Assembly (NCBI GenBank): GCA_963845515.1
Contig: CAWJSR010000010.1
Span: 156,623-220,622, forward strand
Origin: an uncultured delta proteobacterium
GTDB lineage: Bacteria; Myxococcota; Myxococcia; Myxococcales; Anaeromyxobacteraceae
Reading direction: 5' to 3'
Length of the DNA stretch: 64,000 bases
In this document: one piece after another, positions 39,813-50,587 of the stretch
How positions within the stretch are numbered: position 1 is the first letter of the stretch
Layout: every line of letters starts with the position of its first letter
Notes under the pieces: model-generated
Databases searched by the model: none
What the model was told of the DNA's origin: nothing
The model's input: the letters and a program-made list of their open reading frames with translations, nothing else
Position numbers and translations under genes: made by a program

Positions 39813-41165
39813 TTGGCCAACGCACTGAAATCCCGGCGGGTCCAGATCCTCGGGCTGCTCTCCATCTCCTCGGGGATGCCGCTCGGCTTCTACCTGAACA
39901 CGCTCCAGATCTTCCTGCGCGGCGCGGGCGTCGACCTCCGGACCATCGGCGTGGCGCAGCTCGTGTCGATGCCGTGGAGCCTCAAGTTCCTATGGTCCCC
40001 GCTCGTCGACCGGTTCGCGGCGCGCTGGCCGGACCGGCGGAGGAGTTGGGTGGTAGGGACGCAGCTCGCCCTCGCCGGCACGCTCGGCGCCCTCGCGGCC
40101 TTCGCCGCCCTCTCGCTGACCCGCGATCCGGCGAGCGGCCTGGAGGTGCTCGCCCCGAGCGCGGTCTGGCCCATCATCGGCATCGTCCTCGTCTTCGTCG
40201 TCCTCTCCGCGACCCAGGACATCGCGCTAGACGCGTACGCCGTCGAGATCCTCGAGCTGGACGAGCAGGGGCCGGCGAGCGGGCTGCGGATCCTCTGGTA
40301 CCGGATCGGCATGCTGGTCTCCGGGGCGCTGGCGGTCTTCCTCTCCGACTTCATCCCCTGGCCGGCGGTCTTCGCCGGGCTCGCCGTGGTCTTCGCGCTC
40401 TTCGTCGGGGTGACGTTGGCCGGCGAGGCTCCCGCCCGCCCCGCGCCGCCGCCGCGCTCGCTGGGCGCCGCGGTCTGGGAGCCGCTCCACTCGTACTTCA
40501 CGCGGGAGAACGCCATCCTCGCGGGGCTCTTCCTCGTCTTCTACAAGTTCGGGGACAACATCGGCGGCTCGATGGTGAACGCGTTGGTGAAGGATCTCTG
40601 CTTCAGCAACAAGGAGATCGGCCTCATCCAGAAGACGATCGGGACAGCCGCGACCATCTTCGGCGCCGGGGCTGGCGCAGCGATCATGACGCGGATGGGG
40701 CTCGGGCGCGCGCTCTGGATCTTCGGGATCCTCCAGGCGAGCGGGAATCTCCTGTACGCGGCAGCAGCGGCGACGCACCCGGGCACGCTGGACATCGCCG
40801 CGTGCGGGACGCAGGTCGTCTCCTCCGCCACCCGCGCTGCGGTCTACGTCGCGACGGCCGGTGAGTACGCGTTCCAGGGGATGGCGACCGCCGCGCAGGC
40901 CGCGTTCATCCTCCGGCTCTGCGAGAAGCGCTTCAGCGCGACCCAGTTCGCGCTCCTCTCGAGCCTCTTCGGGCTCGGGCGGACGATGTCCGGCCCCATC
41001 GCCGGCTTCGTCGCGCATGGCTTCGGCTACGTCTCGCTCTTCGTCGTGGCCACCGTCGCGGCGATCCCGGGGTTCATCTTCCTCCAGAGGATCGCGCCCA
41101 TCTCCCAGCGCGAGGTCATCAGGGCGCCGCTGCCGCCCGACCAGCCTGCCGCGTCCGCAGGCTGA
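39813..41165 (+). CDS. ampG: AmpG-family muropeptide MFS permease
   Basis: SSGMP, PWSLKFLWSP.VD, SATQDIALDAY, YKFGD and SATQFALLSS. Confidence 0.9.
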   Translation: MANALKSRRVQILGLLSISSGMPLGFYLNTLQIFLRGAGVDLRTIGVAQLVSMPWSLKFLWSPLVDRFAARWPDRRRSWVVGTQLALAGTLGALAAFAALSLTRDPASGLEVLAPSAVWPIIGIVLVFVVLSATQDIALDAYAVEILELDEQGPASGLRILWYRIGMLVSGALAVFLSDFIPWPAVFAGLAVVFALFVGVTLAGEAPARPAPPPRSLGAAVWEPLHSYFTRENAILAGLFLVFYKFGDNIGGSMVNALVKDLCFSNKEIGLIQKTIGTAATIFGAGAGAAIMTRMGLGRALWIFGILQASGNLLYAAAAATHPGTLDIAACGTQVVSSATRAAVYVATAGEYAFQGMATAAQAAFILRLCEKRFSATQFALLSSLFGLGRTMSGPIAGFVAHGFGYVSLFVVATVAAIPGFIFLQRIAPISQREVIRAPLPPDQPAASAG

Positions 41166-41172
41166 CTTCAGC

Positions 41173-42225
41173 CTACCCAATCCCCATTGCCCGATACGCC
41201 CAGCGGAAGAGCTCGGGCGTGACCGTCGTCTCCCAGAAGCCGGTGGCGCGCGCCACGACCCAGAAGCCGAGCATGACCGCGAGCGCCACCGCGGGGACGA
41301 GCCACGCCGGCCACGCACGGGCGCCCTTCCGCGTCACGCCCAGGCAGTCGGGCATGGTGCAGGCGGCGACGCAGGACATGCAGCCCGTGCACTCGGGGGT
41401 GAGGACGCGGAGCCTGGCGTGGACCGGGATCTCGACCGGGCAGGCGCGCGTGCATGCGCGGCAGTCGTTGCACGCCTCCGGGTCGCGCCGGACCGAGAGG
41501 GGCGAGAGGAAGCTGGCGACCCCGAGGAGGGCGCCGTAGGGACAGACGTAGCGGCACCAGAAGTGCTTCACCCCGAGGGAGGCCAGGGCGAGCACGCCCA
41601 CGACGACCCCGCCGGTGACCGAGAGGTCCCGGAAGAAGAGGAGCATCTTCGCGTCGGCCGCGATGTTGTACGGGGCTCGCATGAACTCCACGATCCCCGG
41701 GAGCGGCATGGTCAGGATCGTCTGCAGGAAGAAGGCGAGCAGGAGGTACTTCACCGACGCGAGGGCGACGTCGAGCCGGCGCGGGACCGCCGGGAAGCCG
41801 CGGCGCCAGAGCACCTTCCCGCCGATCCACTCCAGCCCGCGGGAGAGCGTCCCGACGGGGCAGACCCAGGAGCAGAACGCCTTGCGCGCGAGGAGGGCGG
41901 TCGCGAGCGCGGCGAGGAGGATCGTGAGGCCGGCCGGGTGGATCTCGTCCCAGAACCCTGTGAGGAAGAAGCGCTTCGCGGCCATGAGCGCCGCGATCGG
42001 AAGGAAGGCCTCCACCGCCGCTGGCCGGGCCACCGCGATGGGGCCATCTGCGATCGCCGCGGCTACGAACGCCGAGAGCTGGAAGGCCACGGCCAGGAGG
42101 AAGGTGACGTAGGCGAGCTGCACGGCCCACCGCGCGCGCGGCACCCATCGCCAGGGGTTGACCCAGCCTCCCGGCGGGCGTGCTGGGCCGGATCTCGCCT
42201 CGGTGCTGGGGTGCAGGTCCGTCAT
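41173..42225 (-). CDS. Membrane polyferredoxin, NapH/MauN/YccM-like
   Basis: Two CxxxCP motifs (CSWVCP, CRYVCP), CNDCRACTRACP, CTGCMSCVAAC and TM helices. Confidence 0.88.
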   Translation of the reverse strand: MTDLHPSTEARSGPARPPGGWVNPWRWVPRARWAVQLAYVTFLLAVAFQLSAFVAAAIADGPIAVARPAAVEAFLPIAALMAAKRFFLTGFWDEIHPAGLTILLAALATALLARKAFCSWVCPVGTLSRGLEWIGGKVLWRRGFPAVPRRLDVALASVKYLLLAFFLQTILTMPLPGIVEFMRAPYNIAADAKMLLFFRDLSVTGGVVVGVLALASLGVKHFWCRYVCPYGALLGVASFLSPLSVRRDPEACNDCRACTRACPVEIPVHARLRVLTPECTGCMSCVAACTMPDCLGVTRKGARAWPAWLVPAVALAVMLGFWVVARATGFWETTVTPELFRWAYRAMGIG

Positions 42226-42268
42226 CGCGTCCTTCATCCAGCTGCGCACTCCGTTCGACGGCAGCGCG

Positions 42269-43722
42269 TCATCGTACCTGCGGGCGGGGGGGCTCGGGAA
42301 CCCAGACGTCGACCCTGTCGCCGCGCTCCGCCAGCCGCGCCGCGCCAGCGCCGCAGCGCTCCAGCCAGCGCGCGGCCTTCTTCTCCTCGCCGTGCGCGAC
42401 GCAGATCCGCAGCGTCTCCCGGGGCAACGCCCGCCACTGAGGCGCAGTCGGGGAGCAGCGGTGGGTGATCCCCCAGATGCGGCGCCGCTCTCCCCGCTCC
42501 GCCAGCGCCGCGCTCGCGTGCCAGACCGACGGCCAGACGGTCCAGTAGTCCCCCGCCAGGAGGTCGCAGCGCGCCGCCAGGATCGCCTGCGTCCTCGCGC
42601 CGGCCACGCGGTCGAGATCCTCGCGAACCCGGGCGAGCGAAGGGGCTCCCCACGCGGCCACTGCCGCCAGCGGGAGGAGCAGGAGCGCCGCCACGCCAGC
42701 AGCGCGCGACGTCGCCCGGAACCGCGCCAGGGCCTCCGCCAGGAGCCCCACTGCCCCTACCTGCACGAGGACCGCAGCGGGCGCGAAGTAACGGGGGTGC
42801 CAGGCGTTCTCCCCAACCCACCGGAGGAGCGCGATGGCGCACGCATACACGGTCGCCGCCGCGACGAGGGCCGCCGCGCGGAAGAGCGCCGCGCGCAGGT
42901 GGGGGCGCAGCGCGGGGTGCGCGAACATCACCAGGCCCGCTGCCGCTGCGACGGCGACGAACTCCGGCCAGCGCCCTGAGGCCCACGCCACCGACCGCGC
43001 GAACGAGGCGACGGCGTGGCCCCACTCCGCGGGAGGGAGCAGCTGGGAGTAGCTCCAGTCGGCGTACGGGCCCGACGGCGGATGGATCTGGAGAAGATCA
43101 GCCCGGCGACCAGGCCGGCGACGAGCAGCGCGCCGTCGACGGCGAGCCGCAGGCGGATCCGGCGCCGGTCCTCCCCCTCCATCCAGTCCACGGCAGCGCG
43201 CGCGGCAGCCAGTGGGAGGAGGACCAGCCCCGCCGCGCCGTTGACCCAGTGGGCCGCCACGACGACGGCCAGCCCGGCCCCCATCCTGACGTAACAGCCT
43301 CCCCAGCGCCCACCCGGCTCCGCCAGCGCGAGCCCCGCGAGCGCGACCGCGATCGAGAGTCCGTACGGCTGGCTCCCGAGGAAGTCGAAGCTCCAGCGGG
43401 CCGGCCAGAAGGCGAGCAGCCCCGCCGCCGAGAGGAGCCCCGCGAGGACCCAGTCCCTGCCGCCGAGGACGTGGCGGGCGACCAGGATGGGCACCGCGAG
43501 CCCGGCCAGCGCGAGGAGGCCGCGCTGCAGCAGCAGGTTCCAGACCGGATCGCGCACGGGGAGCGCGAGGAGCGGCACGAGCATCCCGTAGCGCTCCTGA
43601 TCCCAGTAGAACGGGGTCCAGCGCTGGAGCGACACCAGGATCGGGACGATCGAGTCGCCGTCCTCGAGCCGGTGGAAGCTGCCCAGATCGACGAGGGCGG
43701 CCGCAAGCGCGACCGCCCCCAT
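42269..43722 (-). CDS. Polytopic membrane protein, GT-C-like; frameshift near 43085
   Basis: The N half (DGDSIVP..WTPFYWDQERYGML) is ORF 42928..43722. The C half (PRYF, GDYWTVWP) continues in the frame ending at 42269. Confidence 0.6.
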
Positions 43723-43784
43723 GAGGATCCACGGCCTGGCGCCTGGCCAGAGCGCGCGCGTACGCGTCTCTCCAGCCCTGCGCT

Positions 43785-44495
43785 CTACCGCTTCCCCGCG
43801 CGTCCCTGCGCCTCCTCGGCGAGGGCGCGGACCGAGAAGCCCGGCGTCTGCGTGTACTCGTCGGTGGCGTCCGCGGCGAGCGGGCGGGCGTGCTCACGCA
43901 TGAGCGCCAGCTTATCGGACGGGATGCCGGGCGCGTTCCGCCGCAGCCAGGGGTCGTTCTGGTAGGAGACCGGCATGCCGCCCAGGAGCACCTTCTCGTC
44001 CCAGACCTGCTCCTCGCGCGTCTCGGACGGCGGCACGTGCACGCCGGTGTCCATCCGGATGGCGTCCTTCGGGCACGCCTCGACGCAGAAGCCGCACATG
44101 ATGCAGCGGAGCTCGTCGATGACGAACTTCTTCGGGTACTTCTCGATCGGGTCGCCTTCGACCTCGGCCGCCTCGATGTAGATGCACTGGGCCGGGCAGA
44201 CCGTCGCGCACATGTAGCAGGCGACGCAGCGGGGCTTGCCGTCCTCGCGCGGGACCAGCCGGTGCGCGCCGCGGTAGCCGGGCGGGTACGGCTGCTTGAC
44301 GTGGGGGTAGTCGAGCGTGACGACCGCCGACTCTCCCGGACCACGCCGGCGATCGATGACGTCCGGGTTGTTGTCGCGCCCCCAGAAGAGGTTCTTGAAG
44401 AAGTGGCCCGACGCGATCGCGATCCCCCGGATCACCTCCGGGAAGAACATCCGCTCGCGGAAATCGAGGGCGCGGTTGTCGACTTTGTAGGACAT
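43785..44495 (-). CDS. nuoI: Complex I subunit I, copy 1
   Basis: [19 protein letters not shown] and [12 protein letters not shown]. Confidence 0.93.
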   Translation of the reverse strand: MSYKVDNRALDFRERMFFPEVIRGIAIASGHFFKNLFWGRDNNPDVIDRRRGPGESAVVTLDYPHVKQPYPPGYRGAHRLVPREDGKPRCVACYMCATVCPAQCIYIEAAEVEGDPIEKYPKKFVIDELRCIMCGFCVEACPKDAIRMDTGVHVPPSETREEQVWDEKVLLGGMPVSYQNDPWLRRNAPGIPSDKLALMREHARPLAADATDEYTQTPGFSVRALAEEAQGRAGKR

Positions 44496-44496
44496 G

Positions 44497-45846
44497 TCAG
44501 TGCCCCGCTGCGGCGTGAGCGTGGCCGTGGTCGGCGGCAGGAGCCGGAGCGCTGCTGCCGGACCAGACGGTGAGAGCGACGATGACTCCGATGACGCCGA
44601 CGCCGATCCACGCGAGCAGCTGGAGCGACGGGTCGATGAGGACCGCCGCGCCGGTCACGAAGATGTTGGCGAGGGACGTGGGGAGCAGGATCTTCCAGCA
44701 GAGCTTCTGGACCTGGTCGTACCGGAAGCGAGGCAGCAGCCACCGGATGACCAGCTGCAGCCACATGAGGAAGATCATCTTCACGATGAAGGCGGCGGTG
44801 CAGACCGCGGCGAACGCGAGCGGCGTGAGGTTCGCCTTGAGCCATCCCTCGAAGACGATCGGGTGCCAACCGCCCAGGAAGATCGCGGCCGTGATCCCCG
44901 CGAGGACGACGATCTCGACGAACTCCGAGAGGAACATCAGGCCCCACTGCATGCCCGAGTACTCGACGAAGAAGCCGACGATCTCGCTCTCGCCCTCGGG
45001 GAGGTCGAAGGGGGCGCGCTTCGTCTCGGCGAAGGAGCTGGTGAAGAAGACGAGGAAGCCGATCGGCTGGAGCAGGATCCCGAGCGCCGGGAACCCGCCG
45101 AGGACGGCGTCACCCTGCCTGGCGACCAGCTCCTCGAGCCTGAGCGTCTGGAAGGCGAGCATCATCCCGACCAGGGAGAGCCCCAGGGAGACCTCGTAGC
45201 TGATCATCTGCGAGCTCGCGCGGACGCCGCCGAGGAGCGCGAACTTGTTGTTGGAGGACCAGCCGGCGAGCGACGTGCCGAAGACGGCCAGCGACGAGAT
45301 GGCGAAGACGTAGAGGAGGCCGACGTCCAGCGAGGCCACCTGCAGGGAGACCTCCGCCTGGCCGACGATGCCGCCGATCGAGCCGGCGATGTCGGCGATC
45401 CTGATCGGGGGTCCGACCGGGACCACCGCGAAGAGCGCGAAGACCGGGACGAACGAGATGATCGGCGCGAGGGCGTACAGGAACTTGATCCGGCCGGCCG
45501 GCGCGAAGCGCTCCTTGGTGAGCATCTTCACGGCGTCGGCGAGGAAGAACGGGATGCCCGCCAGCGCGTTCCCGAAGACCTTGATCTGGTTGGCGCCGAT
45601 CCGGTTCTGGATCAGGGCCGCCCACTTCCGCTCGCCGACCGTGAGGAGCGAGGTGGAGATCATCAGGACGACGAACATCACCGTGACGACGTTGGCGACG
45701 GCGGCGCCCCAGGCCACCGGCAGGCCGAGGTACTCGTGGAAGAAGTACCCCGCCCACGCGGCGGCCTTGTAGAACGCGCCGCCGAGGAACACCAGGAAGG
45801 CGGCCAGCGCGGCGAAGGTGATGCACATTCCGATGAATCGCTTCAC
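44497..45846 (-). CDS. nuoH: Complex I subunit H, copy 1; GTG start, terminal extensions
   Basis: [35 protein letters not shown] and PRFRYDQ. Confidence 0.93.
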   Translation of the reverse strand: MKRFIGMCITFAALAAFLVFLGGAFYKAAAWAGYFFHEYLGLPVAWGAAVANVVTVMFVVLMISTSLLTVGERKWAALIQNRIGANQIKVFGNALAGIPFFLADAVKMLTKERFAPAGRIKFLYALAPIISFVPVFALFAVVPVGPPIRIADIAGSIGGIVGQAEVSLQVASLDVGLLYVFAISSLAVFGTSLAGWSSNNKFALLGGVRASSQMISYEVSLGLSLVGMMLAFQTLRLEELVARQGDAVLGGFPALGILLQPIGFLVFFTSSFAETKRAPFDLPEGESEIVGFFVEYSGMQWGLMFLSEFVEIVVLAGITAAIFLGGWHPIVFEGWLKANLTPLAFAAVCTAAFIVKMIFLMWLQLVIRWLLPRFRYDQVQKLCWKILLPTSLANIFVTGAAVLIDPSLQLLAWIGVGVIGVIVALTVWSGSSAPAPAADHGHAHAAAGH

Positions 45847-45859
45847 GTCGACCTCCTCC

Positions 45860-47611
45860 CTACGGGTTCCGTGCGGCCGCTGCGCGGACGCCGTTGCTGG
45901 TTTCGGAGGGGGCGCGATCACGGTTGCCCGGGAGCCGCCCGTCCACGGTGCCCGCCGGCTGCTGGAAGATTCCGAACTTCTTCGCCTTCTTCGGCAGGCT
46001 GTCCCACTTGAAGTCGCCGAGCGCGGCGCCGAGCTTCGGCGAGAGCGCCGCGAAGACCTCGCGCGCCGACTGCCACGCGAGCGGCTTCCCGAGCGCGCCG
46101 GAGAGCTCCGCGGCCAGCACCCAGTGTGGCCGGGCCTCACCCTTCGGCTTGTAGGCCAGCTCGAATCGCTGCGCGCGCCCCTCGAAGTTGACGAAGGTGC
46201 CGTCCATCTCGGAGTGCGGCGTCGCCGGGAGCAGCACGGTCGCGCCGGCCGTGAGCGGCCCGACGTTGACCGCCTGGACCACGAGCAGCTCCGCGCCGGA
46301 GAGCTTCGCCGCCAGCCCCTCGTCGGGGACCTTGCCGCCGACCGCCCAGACGGCGCGGGCCTTCCCCGTCGTCACCGCCGCAGCCAGCTCCGCGAAGGAC
46401 TTCACGCCGAGGCCGAACGCCTGCGCCGCGAGCTCCAGCCCCTTGCGGTTGGGGTTCTCGTCCTCCTTCTTGAGGAGATCGTCGGACCAGCCGGACTTGC
46501 GGCCGCCGACGTAGACCTCGGCGACGCCGAACGTCTCCTTCGCGACCTGTGCCGCGGCGAGGAGATCCTCGAGCGAGGCGACCGGCGAGAGGAGCACGGC
46601 GAGCGTCCCCGCCTTGGCGTGGGCGTCGAGCGCCAGCGCTGCAGCCTGGACGGCCGCGGCGCGGCCAGTGGCCTTCCCGGCGGCGCGGGCTTCGAGGACG
46701 CGCCCCTGGTTCAGCGCCTTGTAGGAGAGCCGCCCGTCGTCGCAGATCCACTCCTGGTTGACCGCCTCGTTCTCACGCGGGCGGTACCGGAAGGCCTGGT
46801 CGTTCAGGTGGTCCAGGTTCACGTTGCAGCCGCGCGCGCAGCCGGTGCAGATCGACTGGGCCGACGACATGAACCAGACGCGCCCGGCGAACCGGAAGTC
46901 GGCGGAGGTCAGCGCGCCGACCGGGCAGATGTCCACCACGTTGCCGGAGTACTTCGAGTCGAGCGGCTGCCCCTCGAAGGTCGTGATGAAGCACTCGTTG
47001 CCGCGCTCGGAGACGCCGAGCTGCGGCGCCTTGGCGACTTCCTTCATGAAGCGGACGCAGCGCGTGCAGAGGATGCAGCGCTCCTGGTCGATGGTGACGA
47101 GCGGTCCCAGCGGGACGCGCTTGCCCTTCACCGTCTTGGGCATGTCCAGACGCGAGGGCTTCGCGTCGTACTTCATGAAGTAGTCCTGGAGCTTGCACTC
47201 ACCGGCCTGGTCGCAGACGGGGCAGTCGACCGGGTGGTTGAGGAGGATGAACTCCAGCACCGCGCGCTGCTGGTCGCGGACGCGCGGCGTGTCGGTCTTG
47301 ACCGTGATGCCCTCTGCGAGCGGCACCTGGCAGGCCGGCATCAGCTTGCCCATCGGCGCGTTCGACATCTCCACGAGGCACATGCGGCAGTTGGCCGCCA
47401 CGGGGAGACGCTTGTGGTAGCAGTAGTAGGGGATCTCGATCCCCATCTCCTGCGACGCCTGGATCACCGACGTCCCGGGCTTGACCACCACCTCGCGCCC
47501 GTCGATCGTCGCGGTGACGAAGCCGGGGTTCTTGGGCGGCGGCGGGGGCGGCGGGCCCGCGGGGGGCTTCGGCGCTGCTGCAGGGGCTGCTGGCTTGGTG
47601 TCTTCGGCCAT
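45860..47611 (-). CDS. nuoG: Complex I subunit G, short form of about 583 aa
   Basis: N1b CYH..CRMC..C, N5 HPVDCPVC..EC, N4 CILCTRC..CP and N7 CTGCARGC..C. Confidence 0.92.
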   Translation of the reverse strand: MAEDTKPAAPAAAPKPPAGPPPPPPPKNPGFVTATIDGREVVVKPGTSVIQASQEMGIEIPYYCYHKRLPVAANCRMCLVEMSNAPMGKLMPACQVPLAEGITVKTDTPRVRDQQRAVLEFILLNHPVDCPVCDQAGECKLQDYFMKYDAKPSRLDMPKTVKGKRVPLGPLVTIDQERCILCTRCVRFMKEVAKAPQLGVSERGNECFITTFEGQPLDSKYSGNVVDICPVGALTSADFRFAGRVWFMSSAQSICTGCARGCNVNLDHLNDQAFRYRPRENEAVNQEWICDDGRLSYKALNQGRVLEARAAGKATGRAAAVQAAALALDAHAKAGTLAVLLSPVASLEDLLAAAQVAKETFGVAEVYVGGRKSGWSDDLLKKEDENPNRKGLELAAQAFGLGVKSFAELAAAVTTGKARAVWAVGGKVPDEGLAAKLSGAELLVVQAVNVGPLTAGATVLLPATPHSEMDGTFVNFEGRAQRFELAYKPKGEARPHWVLAAELSGALGKPLAWQSAREVFAALSPKLGAALGDFKWDSLPKKAKKFGIFQQPAGTVDGRLPGNRDRAPSETSNGVRAAAARNP

Positions 47612-47657
47612 CGCTGTCTCGCTCCGTGCTCTCGATTCTCGGGGGACTCGCGCGGGG

Positions 47658-48899
47658 CTACTGCTCAACCTCGCCGGCGATGTAATTGATGCTGTCGTAG
47701 ACGGGGATCAGGTCGGCGAGGAGTCCGCCGACGGTCATGAAGGGGAGCGCGCTCATCGGCCCCCACGTCGGGCAGCGGAGCCCCAGCTTGTAGGGCCGGC
47801 CGTTGCCGTCGGACACGAGGTAGAACCCGAGCTCGCCGTTGGCCGCCTCGGTGCTCGCGTACGTCTCACCCGCGGGGACCTTGATCCCCTCCATGATGAG
47901 CTTGAAGTGGGCCATGGCACCCTCGATGGTGCCGTAGACCTCGGGCTTGGGCGGGAGGACGAACCGGTAATCCTTGAGCGCGATCTCCCCCGGAGCGATC
48001 TGCTTGAAGCACTGCCGGATGATCTTGTCCGACTGCTTCATCTCCTCGATCCGGATGAGGTAGCGGTCGAAGGTGTCGCCGTTCGTCCCCACCGGGACGT
48101 CGAAGTCGAGACGATCGTAGACGAGGTAGGGGTTCGCCTTCCGGACGTCGTACGGCTCGCCGGCGGCGCGGAGGCATGGGCCGGTGAAGCCGTAGTCGAT
48201 CGCGTCCGCGCGGGAGATCGCGCCGACGCCCTGGAGCCGGTCGACGAAGATCCGGTTGCGGGTGAGGAGCGCGTTCAGCTCATCGCGGATCTCGACGCAG
48301 CGGTCGAGCACCTTGAGCGTCTTCTCGACCCATCCCTCGGGGAGGTCGCGGGTGACGCCACCGACGCGCGCATAGTTCGAGGTGAGCCGTGCGCCGGTCA
48401 GCTCGTTGAGCCGGTCCCAGATGAGGTCGCGCCCCTCCACCGCGAAGATCACGACGGTCATCGCGCCGAGCTCGAGCCCCGTGGCGCCGACGAGCGTCAG
48501 GTGGTCGCAGAGCCGGTGGAGCTCCGAGGTGATGACGCGCAGGTACTGGGCACGCTCGGGCGCCTCGATGCCGCAGAGCTTCTCGACCGCGAGGGCGTAC
48601 CCCACGTTGTTCATGATCGAGGAGACGTAGTTGAGCCGGTCGGTGTACGGGAAGACCTGCGTCCACGTCACGTTCTCGCAGCTCTTCTCGAACCCGCGGT
48701 GAAGGAACCCGATCTCGATCTTGAGATCCTTCAGCGTCTCGCCGTCGAGCTGCGCGACCGCCTTCGTCACGCCGTGCGTCGCGGGGTGCGACGGCCCGAG
48801 GTTGAGCGTCATCCGCTTCGACGTGAGCGGCGCGTCGAGCTCGCTCGGCTGCGGCGGCGCCTTGGTCACCACCTCTGATTCGCTGACTTCGTGCGACAT
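47658..48899 (-). CDS. nuoD: Complex I subunit D, copy 1
   Basis: NLGPSHPATHG, GFLHRG.EK, DRLNY and EAANGELG. Confidence 0.94.
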   Translation of the reverse strand: MSHEVSESEVVTKAPPQPSELDAPLTSKRMTLNLGPSHPATHGVTKAVAQLDGETLKDLKIEIGFLHRGFEKSCENVTWTQVFPYTDRLNYVSSIMNNVGYALAVEKLCGIEAPERAQYLRVITSELHRLCDHLTLVGATGLELGAMTVVIFAVEGRDLIWDRLNELTGARLTSNYARVGGVTRDLPEGWVEKTLKVLDRCVEIRDELNALLTRNRIFVDRLQGVGAISRADAIDYGFTGPCLRAAGEPYDVRKANPYLVYDRLDFDVPVGTNGDTFDRYLIRIEEMKQSDKIIRQCFKQIAPGEIALKDYRFVLPPKPEVYGTIEGAMAHFKLIMEGIKVPAGETYASTEAANGELGFYLVSDGNGRPYKLGLRCPTWGPMSALPFMTVGGLLADLIPVYDSINYIAGEVEQ

Positions 48900-48944
48900 G
48901 GAACCTCGCATGGCGCGCTGGGCGCCGATGGATTTCGACCGCCG

Positions 48945-49463
48945 CTAGCTGCGGGTCGCGGGACCTGGCCCGCGGATGGCGTCCTGGGGGCCCTCGCACT
49001 CGCCGAGGATCGGCTGCCTGCCGCGCAGCGGGTAGTCCTTGCGGAGCGGATGACCGACGAAGCCGTCCCACATGTAGAGACGGCGCGGATCGGGGTGTCC
49101 GGTGAACTGGAGCCCGTACATGTCGAGGCAGTGACGCTCGAACCAGTCGGCGCCCCGCCACACGCCCGTCACCGTCGGCAGGACCGGGTCGCTCTCGGCG
49201 ACCTTCACCCGGAGCCGGACGCGGGCGTTCAGCTTCGTGGAGTAGAGGTTGTAGACGACCTCGAAGCGCGGCTCCTGCCCGAGGTAGTCGACAGCGGCGA
49301 TATATGGGGCGAGGTCGAACCCGTCGCCCTTGAGCGCGGTCGCCACCTCGACGATCCGATCCTTCTCGACGAAGGCGGCTGCGTCGCCACCGACGCCGGC
49401 GTAGGCGTCGTGCACCGCACCGGGGAAGCGCGCGACGAGCGCGTCGATCACGGCCTTGGACAT
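48945..49463 (-). CDS. nuoC: Complex I subunit C, copy 1
   Basis: ADWFER..DMYG..FTGHPD and GHPLRKDYP. Confidence 0.93.
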   Translation of the reverse strand: MSKAVIDALVARFPGAVHDAYAGVGGDAAAFVEKDRIVEVATALKGDGFDLAPYIAAVDYLGQEPRFEVVYNLYSTKLNARVRLRVKVAESDPVLPTVTGVWRGADWFERHCLDMYGLQFTGHPDPRRLYMWDGFVGHPLRKDYPLRGRQPILGECEGPQDAIRGPGPATRS

Positions 49464-49476
49464 TTTGCCCCTCCCG

Positions 49477-50031
49477 CTAGCGCTCGACCGGGCCCGCGCC
49501 GACGGCGGGCTGCCAGTCCATGAGCTTCTGCGGCTGGTTCTGGATCTTCTTCTGCAACATCATGATCCCGTCGATGACCTGCTCCGGGCGCGGCGGGCAG
49601 CCGGGGACGTAGACGTCCACCGGGACGACCCGGTCGGCGCCCTGGACGACCGCGTAGTTGTCGTAGAAGCCGCCCGAACTGGCGCACGCGCCGAAGGCCA
49701 GGACCCACTTCGGGTCGGCCATCTGGTCGTAGATTCGCCTGAGCACCGGCGCCTGCTTGATGTTGATGGTGCCGACGATCAACAGCAGGTCGGCCTGGCG
49801 CGGGGAGAAGCGCGGGAAGGCGGCGCCGAACCGGTCGAGGTCGTACCGGTTCATCGACATCGCCATGTACTCCATGCCGCAGCAGGCGGTGACGAACGGG
49901 TACGGGAAGATCGACCACTTCCTGCCCCAGCCGAGCGTGTTGGAGACGACCTTCTGGAGGCCGGTAAGCGCCTCTTCGCGGCGCGTCGCGATGACGGGGA
50001 GCGTGTCGAGATCGTTGTCCATGTCACTCAT
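49477..50031 (-). CDS. nuoB: Complex I subunit B, copy 1
   Basis: [20 protein letters not shown] and PGCPP. Confidence 0.94.
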   Translation of the reverse strand: MSDMDNDLDTLPVIATRREEALTGLQKVVSNTLGWGRKWSIFPYPFVTACCGMEYMAMSMNRYDLDRFGAAFPRFSPRQADLLLIVGTINIKQAPVLRRIYDQMADPKWVLAFGACASSGGFYDNYAVVQGADRVVPVDVYVPGCPPRPEQVIDGIMMLQKKIQNQPQKLMDWQPAVGAGPVER

Positions 50032-50407
50032 TCCAGTCGAGAGCGCCCTTCTTCCACACGTACGCGAGTCCGGCGACCAGGGTTGCGACGAAGATGCCCA
50101 TCGTCGCGAAGCCGGTCCAGCCGAGCCCCTCGTACCCCGTGGTCTTGTCCGGTGCGAGCAGCACCGCCCACGGGTATATGAAGATCGCCTCGATGTCGAA
50201 GACCACGAAGAGGATGGCGACGACGTAGAACTTGACGCCGAACCGCTCCCTCGCCGATCCGATGGGATCGGAGCCGCACTCGAAGGGAGACGCCTTGATG
50301 GCGCTGGGTCGCCGCGGGCTGGCCAGGGCGGCGAGCGCCACCATCACCAGCGCGAGGAGCAACGCCACCAGCAGGACTACACCGATCGAAAAATAGGAGG
50401 TCAGCAT
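50024..50407 (-). CDS. nuoA: Complex I subunit A, copy 1
   Basis: PFECG, FDIE and WKKGALDW. Confidence 0.93.
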   Translation of the reverse strand: MLTSYFSIGVVLLVALLLALVMVALAALASPRRPSAIKASPFECGSDPIGSARERFGVKFYVVAILFVVFDIEAIFIYPWAVLLAPDKTTGYEGLGWTGFATMGIFVATLVAGLAYVWKKGALDWNE

Positions 50408-50515
50408 AGGTGTGGTTTGAGGCCGTTGGAGCGGGTGCAACTAAGTGCCCGGGGGCGCTGGAATTGTCAAACGAAAACCCACCTTGACGCTTGACGCCGC
50501 TGGCAAAAACCCGCC

Positions 50516-50543
50516 TTGACATCCGGTTGCTGCCGCGTAGACT
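50516..50543 (+). promoter_or_regulatory. Sigma70-type promoter of the plus-strand nuo operon
   Basis: TTGACA-16nt-TAGACT ending 44 nt upstream of the nuoA2 ATG. Confidence 0.65.
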
Positions 50544-50587
50544 GCGCGCGCTTTTTCCCAAATGCTTCCTTTCCCTGGGGTACTCGC

